From Trichoplax sp. H2 (Eukaryota), in the NCBI GenBank assembly GCA_003344405.1, contig NOWV01000030.1, positions 186,001 through 250,000 of the forward strand: a stretch of 64,000 nucleotides of DNA, written 5' to 3'. The notes beneath the pieces were generated by a model that saw only the letters and a list, made by a program, of their open reading frames with translations, was not told where the DNA came from and made no database searches. Below are positions 53,867 to 64,000 of this stretch, piece after piece. Numbering within the stretch: the first letter of the stretch is position 1; every line of letters starts with the position of its first letter. Position numbers and translations under genes: made by a program.

Positions 53867-54916
53867 GGTTGATGAGAGCTTCTGCAATCGCTTTTCTCTT
53901 GCTGCACTTTTCTACACTCTAATGGCAAAGGAAGCAAAGCGTTTCCAATGACTCTGCTATCTAGCCGCAGGCCTACAGTGCACTGAGTGTCTCTTACAAT
54001 ACATTGTAGTGTACTATACAGTACAGTACTGTAAAAAGTCTTTTTTTTACATTTTATTATACTGTAACTGTACAGTACTGTACTGTATAGTATGATATAC
54101 AGTACAATCAAATCAAATCAAATGATACCAAATTTGTCTAATAAGGGCTTGAAATTCTAATTTTAAGTCATTTCAAACAGTGGGAAAGACTTATGAGACA
54201 CCTGTGTACGTCCAGTCCAGTCCAGTAGGGTCAGTTCTATTCACTGTACTGGATACTGTATTGTTCAACTAGCTTTTGGCCGTGACAGTATAGAGAAAGT
54301 CAGACTGACAGACGCGCTGGCGACTTATCTCTACAGTATGATAGACGCTACCGGTTATAAGTTTGGAAGTTTGTACACGATCATCGAATGCGAACTACGA
54401 CATAACGTCTTCTCATTTTATACCAGTTCATACCTGTAGTGATGCGCCCATATTTGATGATACAGATAGCTATATTTGATCGAATGAAACTGAATGGAAC
54501 TTGAGAGATGATCAGATTTCTAGAGTGCGATTTCCTACTGCACTGTACTGTACGTCGACAGTACAGTAGTCCAGTCCGGTACAGTATGTTCTACGGTACT
54601 CTACGGTGTACTGTACTGTACTGTATTGTTCAACTAGCTTTTGGCCATGACCGTATCGAGAAAGCCAGACTGACAGACGCGACCAGTAAACAGTAAGTTG
54701 TATGCCGACTTGTCTAGTCTCAGTCATTATTGGAAATATGATCGCGGTACTGTACTGGATACTGTACACTATTCCACACTTAATACACATGATTCTATCG
54801 GCAGTCCCCTGCTGTACAAACACTCTTGACTGACTGCAATCATGTCGTATTGACGATTCTTCCTTTCCCAAAGCATTTATTGAATCCAAAGATCGACTAG
54901 ACAGAAATAGTTGGAT
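53867..54916. promoter_or_regulatory. Bidirectional promoter region of ILKAP (-) and DNAJC16 (+)
   Basis: The start codons are about 1.05 kb apart, head-to-head. The region has dense TACTG/CAGTA runs and an internal direct repeat. Confidence 0.65.
54254..54681. repeat. 63-bp direct repeat (54254-54316 and 54619-54681), 4 mismatches
   Basis: TACTGTATTGTTCAACTAGCTTTTGGCC.TGAC.GTAT.GAGAAAG.CAGACTGACAGACGCG is present twice, 365 bp apart. Confidence 0.93.
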
Positions 54917-57900
54917 ATGAATCATTGCCGGTTATTGGCAATCTTTGTATCGTTTTTTTTTCTCTTTTTAATTCAATGTTTCATTGTGATAGCATCGCCC
55001 AATCCTTACCAAGTCTTACAGGTCCATCGAGATGCCAGTCAATCGGAAATTCGTCGTGCCTTTAAAAAATTAGCACTGCAATGGTAAGTTTTCCTTTTGT
55101 ACTGTATATTGCGTTGGATGGATCCTTTTGACTTGATATGATTCATTCTATCTTTATACTTGATAACGATCCAATCTGTTACTTACACTAGCTATCATCC
55201 ATTAGCTTTACCATCATTCTACTGTATATCCTATTTGAAATAGCATTTTGAATGCAGCTTGTCTCATGTGGATGCTACCTTGAAAATCCTCCAATGCAAT
55301 ATGACATACACTATAGGACACTATAGTGCAGCATAGTATCATACAGTTGATTCTTATTGAAATCGAAAGGACTACATTGCAGCCTACTCTACGGGCTTAA
55401 ACTAGCTTGCATCACTCTTGACAAGTTTTTCAATCCATTTATTACATCATCGATAACATAGGAAACAAAATGGAATCCAGTAGACTCTGCAGGGGAATAT
55501 CAAAAGTTAGATGAACATCACCTTCCTTTTCACCGCGAAAATTGTTATAGAAAGTATATACAGTATAAAGTATGGAAACGATCCCAAACAATTTCCATCA
55601 ATGCAAGTCATTGATAGACGAGTATAGTGCGATGGCAGGAATTGATTATAATTAATATCTGTCATTATTGTCTTTCAATATTTCTTTTGCAATCATCATC
55701 AGCGCTACTTCAGGTCCGAATAATTGTAGCATGGTAGACTAGTAAAACGTGGATTACAAACTTGACCGGTTTGAAAGAATCAAAGTATTCTACTTTATTT
55801 ATCCATGATCATGCTGTCTATCATGAATCTAATACATACCGCTCTATTCGTCCAATATTAGAAAAATTGGGATAGATGACGGTATACCTGTGCTGTATGC
55901 GTAGATTAAAATGAATTTATAAGTTGAAGGATAGATCGCACCAATGACTCACTGTTATCAACTAGTTTGCATGTTGTCCAATCCAGTCATGAATGCCATT
56001 CTACGCAGCATTGTATATTGAATCATCTAGCGAGTAAATCAAGATCGATAATATTTATAAATCACGATATCGATTTATCTTCATTGTTACATTAGCCATA
56101 AATCACTATTCAATAGGATTATACTTTAAATATAGTTTTACTAACTATGTTAAGTCAACTTTAATTCAAGATGAAAGTTGATCATCAATGTATAGAGACT
56201 AGTCACGTTGATTGTTTGCTGAAGCCTAATATCTTAAACCATTTCAATCTTCCATTATGATTATTTTATATGAAAGGCATCCTGATAAAAATGAAGATCC
56301 TCATGCTCAAAATAAATTTATCGAAATCAAGAATGCCTATGAAGTAAGTTATCCCTTTGATGACTAATGTATAAAGTAATGTATTCCTTTCTATTAAATA
56401 TGCTAATTATGCGACGAGATGCGTAACGTTTTACTGTGGAAACTTGTAACATTGACTTCGACAATACTCATTGTTACCTTAAACCAATTTTGTTGTACTG
56501 TATTTATAACTATCATGTGTCGAATCAGTAAACACCGGATGAAATAATTACTTGCCTTAACGACATGGACGTTGCATTTTGTTATTAACAACTAGTCTAA
56601 AGTATTATTTCTACTATCAATGTCCTGTTTATCATTCAAGCAGTTCTTTTTAATTATTCAAAAAAATATAGAAATGCATCAGTTTACATGTTTTCTGTCA
56701 TTGGAGAAATGTAATATTCTTTTAAGAGGATGTTTTGATACTATCATAGAATCTATTATACGAGTATGCAAAACAAAAAAAGATATAATAAATACAACCC
56801 TTAAGCTAACGTAAATGTATCTATCTTATTATTATTAGATTCTATCTGACAAAGAAAAACGCGCTGAATTCGATCGATTTGGTTATGTACGAGATGATGG
56901 GTCAGCCCGACATGAAAGAGGACAACGAAATCCATTTCATCAATTTGCGATGAATGATGACATCTTTTCATTTATGTTCCAAGATGGCTTTGATAACACT
57001 GAAGAAGATCATATCATTGATACAGTTAATATGTATCAATTTAAGACTGAAATATTACCCAACAGCAATTTCAAGCCTTACGTTTTAGAAATTTTCTCAA
57101 ATTTTTGCCTCAAATGTTTAATGATACAATCAACATGGGTTAATATAGCTAAAGAATTAGAATCTATCGGTTTGGGAACTGGACAAGTTAATTCCGATCG
57201 TGATTATGCTTTAATACAGTACTTGGGTAAGTCGGAGTATAACATTATGAATCATAACCAACACTAGTATCAGCCTTGATCAATAATAAAGGGAACCATA
57301 AACTTGATATAAAGAGTTGAATACTTTGTAGCCACACAATGGCTGTATGAAGTTATGGATTACTAGAATACTATAGTAGCAGTCTACAGTGAAGTATAGT
57401 ATGCGAATAGAGATATGTTATGCAAAATTATACTAGAATTGTTACCATACGGATCTATTTACGTACCTGGATTAGTTTTAGCCATACATTTTTAATACTC
57501 GAAATAAAATATAATATTAGGTGTTACGGGACTACCCAGCGTTTATGTAGTTGTGGAAGAAGAAATATTCAAATATACAGGTGAATTATCGAAAAAAATG
57601 TTGCGCAATTTTATCCACGATTTGTTGCCGACTCACTTAATTGAAAAGGTATGTATATGCTAAGCATACGTAAGTTTTATCGGCTGTAATATATACCGTT
57701 AGCCTACACTAAAACATTTTGGAATGATAAATAATTAAATACTGAAATGAAGTAAAATTTGCAAGTTACAATTATGTAACTAAATGAATAAATCGGGAAG
57801 CTATTGTAGTTTTAGTACTGGGAATGTTCTACAGCTGTATCACGAATTAAACAGAACCTTACAAATTATAATTTTTTTTAACGTATTTTGCCTTATGATA

Positions 57901-60691
57901 GGTAGAAAATTTCAGTACGTTAACCTAACACTTGCCTTTATGCATAATTTTCATTAGGTCACAGACGAGACAAATTCAACTTTTTTCGAACAAATTAATA
58001 GACCAAAATTACTTTTATTTTCATCACGACCTAACCCCTCACTAAAACTTTCATTACTTGCGATGGAATTTCAAAATTACGTCAAATTTGGCATGGCATC
58101 CCTCGGTAGCGAGAATAATAAATTAAGAGAACAATTTAACGCCCATCCTTCAGATCCAACCGCATTTCTGTTTAAAGAAAATCAACTTATACCATTCAAA
58201 ATTTTACTGGTAACGATATTACTTTATATGCAAAATATACTATTAGTATATCTATTAATGACTTTTTAAGTTAGATTACTTATGTTATTACGATATTGTG
58301 TTTTTCTTACTGATATTTCCTACGGAGGTTGTTAGCTCGATAAAATACAGGTATTTCTGCTGCTATCCTTATACCGTCATACTATTTTTATAGGCGTCAG
58401 ATATGAAGGCTGGAGCTTTACACAAATTGGTAGAAGACAATAAATATCTAAATTTGCCTAGGCTAGAATCACACACCATGTTTTATGACTTATGCAAAGA
58501 GAAATCAATGTAAATTGAAATTTTGTAATACAATCACAACCTCCATATGTCTTAATCTTTAAATTACAATTCTTGTTTACGCAGTAATGAAGTAATATGT
58601 TATTGTTGGATAAAGACTAAGCACTATTGTGGTTGGGTTTATTTGCTTTTTAGAATATGTATTATCCTATTTATTGCCGATTCAACAGTCGATAAAGAGA
58701 CCATGAAACGTGTTGAAGAAATTATGACAGACGATAACGTTAATATTGATAATGTTCGTATGGCTTACGCTTCAGTAAAACTGCAAGGTGCCTTTTTTAA
58801 TTCATTTGATATGAAAAAATTATCGAAATCAACGGATGAATGTACAAGTGTTTACCATGACAAGGTAACTACTTGTCTAACTGTAACTTGACTAAGCGTT
58901 TATATTGCATTTTACTTGGCTTTCTTATCACTTGTTTTGTACTCTTTCATTAGGTTTTATTTTTAAAGAGATTGGAAGACGATGAGGCAATATATGATTG
59001 GTACGAAGATGGCTGGTGTGTTAGCTCATCTAGCACCCGGGACTTGATTATGAAAGCCAGAGCATATGCAACTTCTAAAAATAAGATGACATCCAAGACT
59101 ATACTCTCGAAATTAGTTGATGAAAATGCTCCGGTAAATAAACACGCTGCTCTATAATTTAACAAGGTTTAAATTAGTAGTTATATCGCATGAATTGTTC
59201 TATGTAATAATTTTACTCCTCAAATTATCTGTGCTACTCGCATTTTAAGTTGTATACATTAACCTCTTTTATTTAGGGTATATTTGGTCGAATGCAGAAT
59301 TCTATCAAGTTCGCAACAAAAACACTCAAGCGTCTTCCTAACTATATTTTCAGGTTTTCTATTCATTTCACATAGTACTTAATAATGATATTAATACGGA
59401 TTATTATCTCTTGTTACGCAAAATTTTATTTACGTTCATAATCTTGTCATAGTATTGTGTACCTTCCTCATCACTTCATTCGTTACTACGCAAGTTATAC
59501 TGTATTAAGGTGGTTAGGCAGAGACTGGTATAATGTTATCATTAACAAGTTAGGTATAATAATCAGTCTGGTGTACGTTATTTTTCGAGATACACGCCTC
59601 TAGTAGCGAGAGCTGTAATGTTTTCAATTATTACTATTATTAATTGTAAGGTTCATAATCATTATTATTATTATTAATCATAAATAAAGAAATCATTTTA
59701 ATTTCAGCGAAAGATTTGTACTTGTAAATCCGAATGCAAACATTTTGCCTTTTTTCGTTGGAATAATTTTTATACTTAGCAATTCCCTGACTGCACTTGT
59801 ATTTTTCAGAATTGAAGCACTACCTTTTTTTATGATACCAATGCTTTGTATTTTCGTGGCAAGTTTGACCTCTTTAGTAGGACCAGATCTGCCGTAAGTA
59901 GTTTAATGCTTTCGTGCAATAAGCAAATTCTGTAAATAATTAAATATTCTAATGTTTCTATATGGTAGCAATCATGACATAAAGCGAAAGAAAAAGAGAG
60001 AGAAAGCAAAGCTACATTCTGAAACTGCTTCATTTAGAATACCGCAGTTATCCTATAGAAACGAAGATGATTTAATCCATGACGCACGCCATGGCCATCT
60101 TACTATGTTAATTTTACTGCCAGAGACTAACAATGAAGATGCTAGGAATTCTCCTTTATTTAAAACGTTTGCATCAGTTATGAATATTCACAGGTACAGT
60201 ATGGGGCTTGCAGTCTTCATTTAAACAAGTATTTAACGACTGTATGCTACCAAATTTTGTTGATCGATTACAATTGGGAATCTTTTTTGAGATGTAATCT
60301 TTTTGTGGTAAATTCTTTCTTTAGACGAGAATTTTTATCCTTGGGATGCTGCTGGCTGTCGTTGACAGCACATAAAAATTGGTGCTGGAAATTATTAGCA
60401 GAAATAACACCCATTGATGAATCATTAACTGGCTGTGTTCTTGCTATTAATGGCTATCGACAATATTTTATGTTTTTAAAATTATCCGGGATTAACTCAT
60501 TAAAACAAAATGATAATGATGCTAATGATTGTGGTGAATTTCTTGGCCTGGAAGACGTAGATAATGTGAAAGTTAGGGCTAAACAACTTCGACATAAACT
60601 TCCTGATTGGATTGGAAGACTACGAGATGGTTCACTTACACGATATTCAGTAGAAATTTGGCCTAAAATATCGATTTTAGATGAGTTATGA
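54917..60691 (+). CDS. DNAJC16: DnaJ homolog subfamily C member 16 (ERdj8): signal peptide, J domain, thioredoxin-like domain, TM segment, C-terminal domain; multi-exon
   Basis: Hydrophobic N-terminus, then NPYQVLQV...IRRAFKKLALQW|HPDKN (55083/56277), ILSDKEKRAEFDRFG, Trx-like SNFCLKC...W, TM near 59810-59880, and C-terminal GCVLAINGYRQYF...GEFLGL...LPDWIGRLRDGSLTRYSVEIWP. This matches the recalled DNAJC16 architecture. Confidence 0.9.
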
Positions 60692-61342
60692 GGCATGTTA
60701 ATGGAAATAATTTTCAATGATATGTTCCTATGTTAATATGCAATTATTAAATTAGGGAAATAGATCGTTTCCCTTATCTTTATAGTAATTCTTAGGCATA
60801 CGGCAAAAATGATATTGTATGCCTGGCTGTAGTATAACGTAAATGAATACTGGAGCCAGAATACTTAGGCAACTAATTTTTAATATTATTGTTGGTAGAT
60901 TTTTGACATTATTGATCGAATATAGTAAACAGTGTATCATCTGCTAATAACAGCGATAGACTGATTTGCACCCTTTTTTAAAATATACACGTACAGTAAA
61001 GAAGTAAAATATTCGATGTTTACACAGACTGTACCACAATATCGGTGTATTATTATTATTATAGCAGAAATTAATTAAATGATTTACATCGACGGCCTAC
61101 TACTCCGGAACAATGACTTAACTTATAAAGCTTTCTATCATCAATATTATATTCAACACTAGCGTATACCGATACACGTCTAATCTAATGAATTACCTTA
61201 CTAATGAAGAAGTAAATATGTTTAGATTAAATTTATTAGGATTTATTGTCTTGTTATTATTGGGTATTCGTCTTTTATTTATAGTAATCCAATCTTTCAA
61301 TTTAAATCTTTTTATAAGTATACTGTATTAGCTATCATGATT

Positions 61343-61378
61343 GATAATTATATATATATATATATGTATATATAATTA
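61343..61378. repeat. (TA)n microsatellite flanked by AATTA / TAATT
   Basis: GATAATTATATATATATATATATGTATATATAATTA is directly visible. Confidence 0.8.
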
Positions 61379-62592
61379 ATTGTTATATATGCAAGGTTAT
61401 GAACAAAAGCATATGTTATTATTGAATTGACTTGGCGTCAGTTTAGCCGCGGTATTGTTAATGCTATTTCAGTTTGTATCATTTTATTATAATAACACGG
61501 TCACAAGCAAGAGATCGGTAACCCTTGTACTAGTTTTTGAGTCATAACTTTATCTGTTTTACGACAGCAAGTTACTGCATTTTATACACATGTGCATAAG
61601 TATCAGAGAAATACCTGATCGGGATCTACAGTTCTTATATCATGCATTTACCTCTGTGTTTGAAATAGATATTCTGCAATGTATTAGTACTGTATCTGTT
61701 CAATTAATTAAAAACTTATCCGAAATCGCGCAACTTTTGCTGTTATATTGTATTATGATTTATCAGTAGTTTTTAGATGTAAATAGTATTACTTAGGTAG
61801 GAAATAACGACGTAATTGGGCTGGTTTTGGCGTATTAAGGAGTCTTTCAAGATGATTGGCTATCGACAGTTTTATGATATAAGCCGCATCAACCATAGTG
61901 GTACTTAACTGCTTCTTGCTACTGTATAAACATATTTGTCACTTTAATTGTATGTCATCTTCCTAGCATATTCTATAATGATACCATTGCTTATAAGCTC
62001 AGTTTCATCTTTTTTTATTTTCAAAGTTTGAAAAATACTAAACTCAAAATTGTATGGTTACTGAATATAGTACGTTCGGCATAGACTATGTGCAGGATTA
62101 AATCATCCATTCTTTTAGTTTACATTGCATGACTATTTCAAATATAATTATAATGAATCGGTTTGGTTAGAAGGTAGCATAACTTTTAATTCCTTCGTTA
62201 CTTATTTTAGCTAGCACTGTTAGCATAACGAAGAATTTACTATATTACAAAGCTATAAAGCGTACAGAGTAGAGAAATTGAAGAATCAAAGAAATTGTAC
62301 AATATTGGTATCTTGTGTTTCGAAACAGCATCATAAAATCGATGTTATGCAAGTTTATCAACTATTATTGCTTATAGGACTATTGGCAGCTTTATCACTG
62401 CTTAGTGATTGATGGTAAATGACATCATCGCTTTAAGCTATTAACTATCTTAAGAATAAAAGGCTACTGATATAGTCCAAAAGAAGATTTTTATTCTTTT
62501 AAATACAACTTTATATACAGTACTAATAACCTGGTGTAATTGTTAATAGCTTCGGTACATTATCCGTTTTACAAATGTAAATTGTTTATGGT

Positions 62593-64000
62593 TTAGCTTT
62601 CGTTGTCTTTTCGATTCTCGAGTTTACTGCTTTTACCATCGAGTTTAGGTTCTGATTTTTCTTTCGATTTTGTCTTAGCTGCCTTTTTATGCTTTTTGAT
62701 AGTTGCAACAGCATTAACCTTCACACATATGCTAACTGGATCTAATAGCTTATCTAGGAACGGTGGATTCGTCACTTCACGAATAGTAATAATATAATCG
62801 CCTAATTATAGTTAAGAAAATCAAGGAGATTAGAAACGAATTGTAGATTTATTCCATTCAATATGGGTATGATATTTATATATTGCGTCTTGTCTATTTA
62901 GAGTTTCCAATCCTTTCTATCTTATAATTGAAATACATACATACTAATTCTTAATTATTAGTAATTGACTAGTTATAGTTATAAACTGTGAACTTTAAAA
63001 TTTTTCCCGTGCATCTAGTGGTTCATGTTTTAAATAAACTGTAGTAATGTATGGTATACGTGCTGATATGCTGTCGCTATTTAAAATTGTTATTCTACCT
63101 GGTAGACAATATTTTTCCTCTGGTGATATAACTCTTGACGATTTTTCAGCTCTTTTATTAGCATCCTCTTTATTGCTTTCCTTATTAAGTAGATCATTGG
63201 AACCTGAACTTTGTTTCTTTTTTAAGACACTTTTCTCTTTCATCACGGTAGTTTGATTATCAGATCGAACTTTAGATCGAGGTAACCCAACCGATGATTG
63301 TCTCTTACGACGTTTAGTTTCACCTTCGGTTTTATTTTCTGCATCATTTGCCTCCCCTGAGTTTTCATTATTACCGTAGCCTAGCATGACTTTAATATGT
63401 TGTGGGGCTGGAGGTAAAAGAAGGTTGGTAAAACTCCCTCTCCCACCTTGTGTTCGGATATTACTAACAGATGGATAAAGATTAGCTACTAATTTGTTAT
63501 TAGCATCGGTATCAGCAGTACCATCTTGATTTAATGGTATTGATGGGTTGTTTTGTATATTAGAATTAGACGAAGAGGTAGTAACTTCCGATGATTTGCC
63601 ATTTTTACTTCCTAAATGAAGCCATTAACAACAATATCAATATTAAACTATATAGTTTAATAAGTAACACAGTAGAATCTTGTAGATACTTACGAGATTG
63701 CTGCTGTTTCGAGTTATTACCATTGCTTTGAGTATTTTGCGGAGAATCAGCTTGATTATATAGCGATGGTGTAAGAGGTGCAGTAGGACTAACTGGAGAA
63801 TTGAATTGTGATGTTGTGTGGGATGGTGATTGTTCTAAATCAGTTAATTTCAAATTTTGAACTTTTTTAAGTTCTTGATGATCATTTTTAGCCAACTGTT
63901 CATCAGATTGAGTAGCGTTCAAACTATCTTCTCCTTTATTCTGATCGTTGGCTTCTTCGTCTTCTAAGGTTTCCACAACGTATGATATTGGATAAGATTC
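62593..64000 (-). CDS. 3' part of an unidentified gene running off the window. Exons >64000-63694, ~63611-63099 and ~62801-62593; mostly low-complexity/charged with a short ordered stretch KYCLPGDYIITIREVTNPPFLDKLLDPVSICVKV and a Lys-rich tail
   Basis: Three open frames joined in phase by canonical junctions (C|gtaagt 63693, catttag|, CCAG|gtagaa, aattag|GC). The frame is open to the window edge. Confidence 0.75.

Noticed and set aside
53749..54925. 120-aa, 62-aa and 137-aa ORFs rich in YSTV/TVLY
   Set aside because: Translations of TACAG/TACTG runs in the promoter. One overlaps ILKAP exon 1 in another frame.
1..64000. Intact transposase, retroelement, tRNA or rRNA genes
   Set aside because: None recognised by eye. 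No long unexplained ORF with DDE or RT motifs and no cloverleaf A/B boxes were seen; tRNAscan-SE, Infernal and RepeatModeler would be needed to exclude them.

Overview
AT-rich (roughly one third GC by eye), gene-dense eukaryotic DNA with short GT-AG introns, from an animal; composition and gene structure suggest a placozoan such as Trichoplax (inference only). In order it contains: ANKRD49 (-), a 30-bp minisatellite, HPS3 (+), a CLC-1/CLC-2-type chloride channel (-), an array of five ~208-bp repeats, a secreted EMI+EGF MEGF6 orthologue (-), about 12 kb without recognisable genes, an intronless 536-aa orphan disordered ORF with calcineurin-docking-like motifs (+), the head-to-head pair ILKAP (-) / DNAJC16 (+), and the 3' part of an unidentified gene (-). 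No rRNA, tRNA, CRISPR array or transposase was recognised. The most striking unexplained signal is a large excess of TA-flanked words in non-coding DNA (TACAGTA/TACTGTA, TACCGTA, TACGTA, TACGCGTA, TACTCGTA). These resemble Tc1/mariner excision footprints, and three appear as clean 4-5 bp insertions after a TA when local duplicated copies are compared. Exon boundaries, counts and homology calls were made by eye from recalled protein sequences and need computational confirmation.
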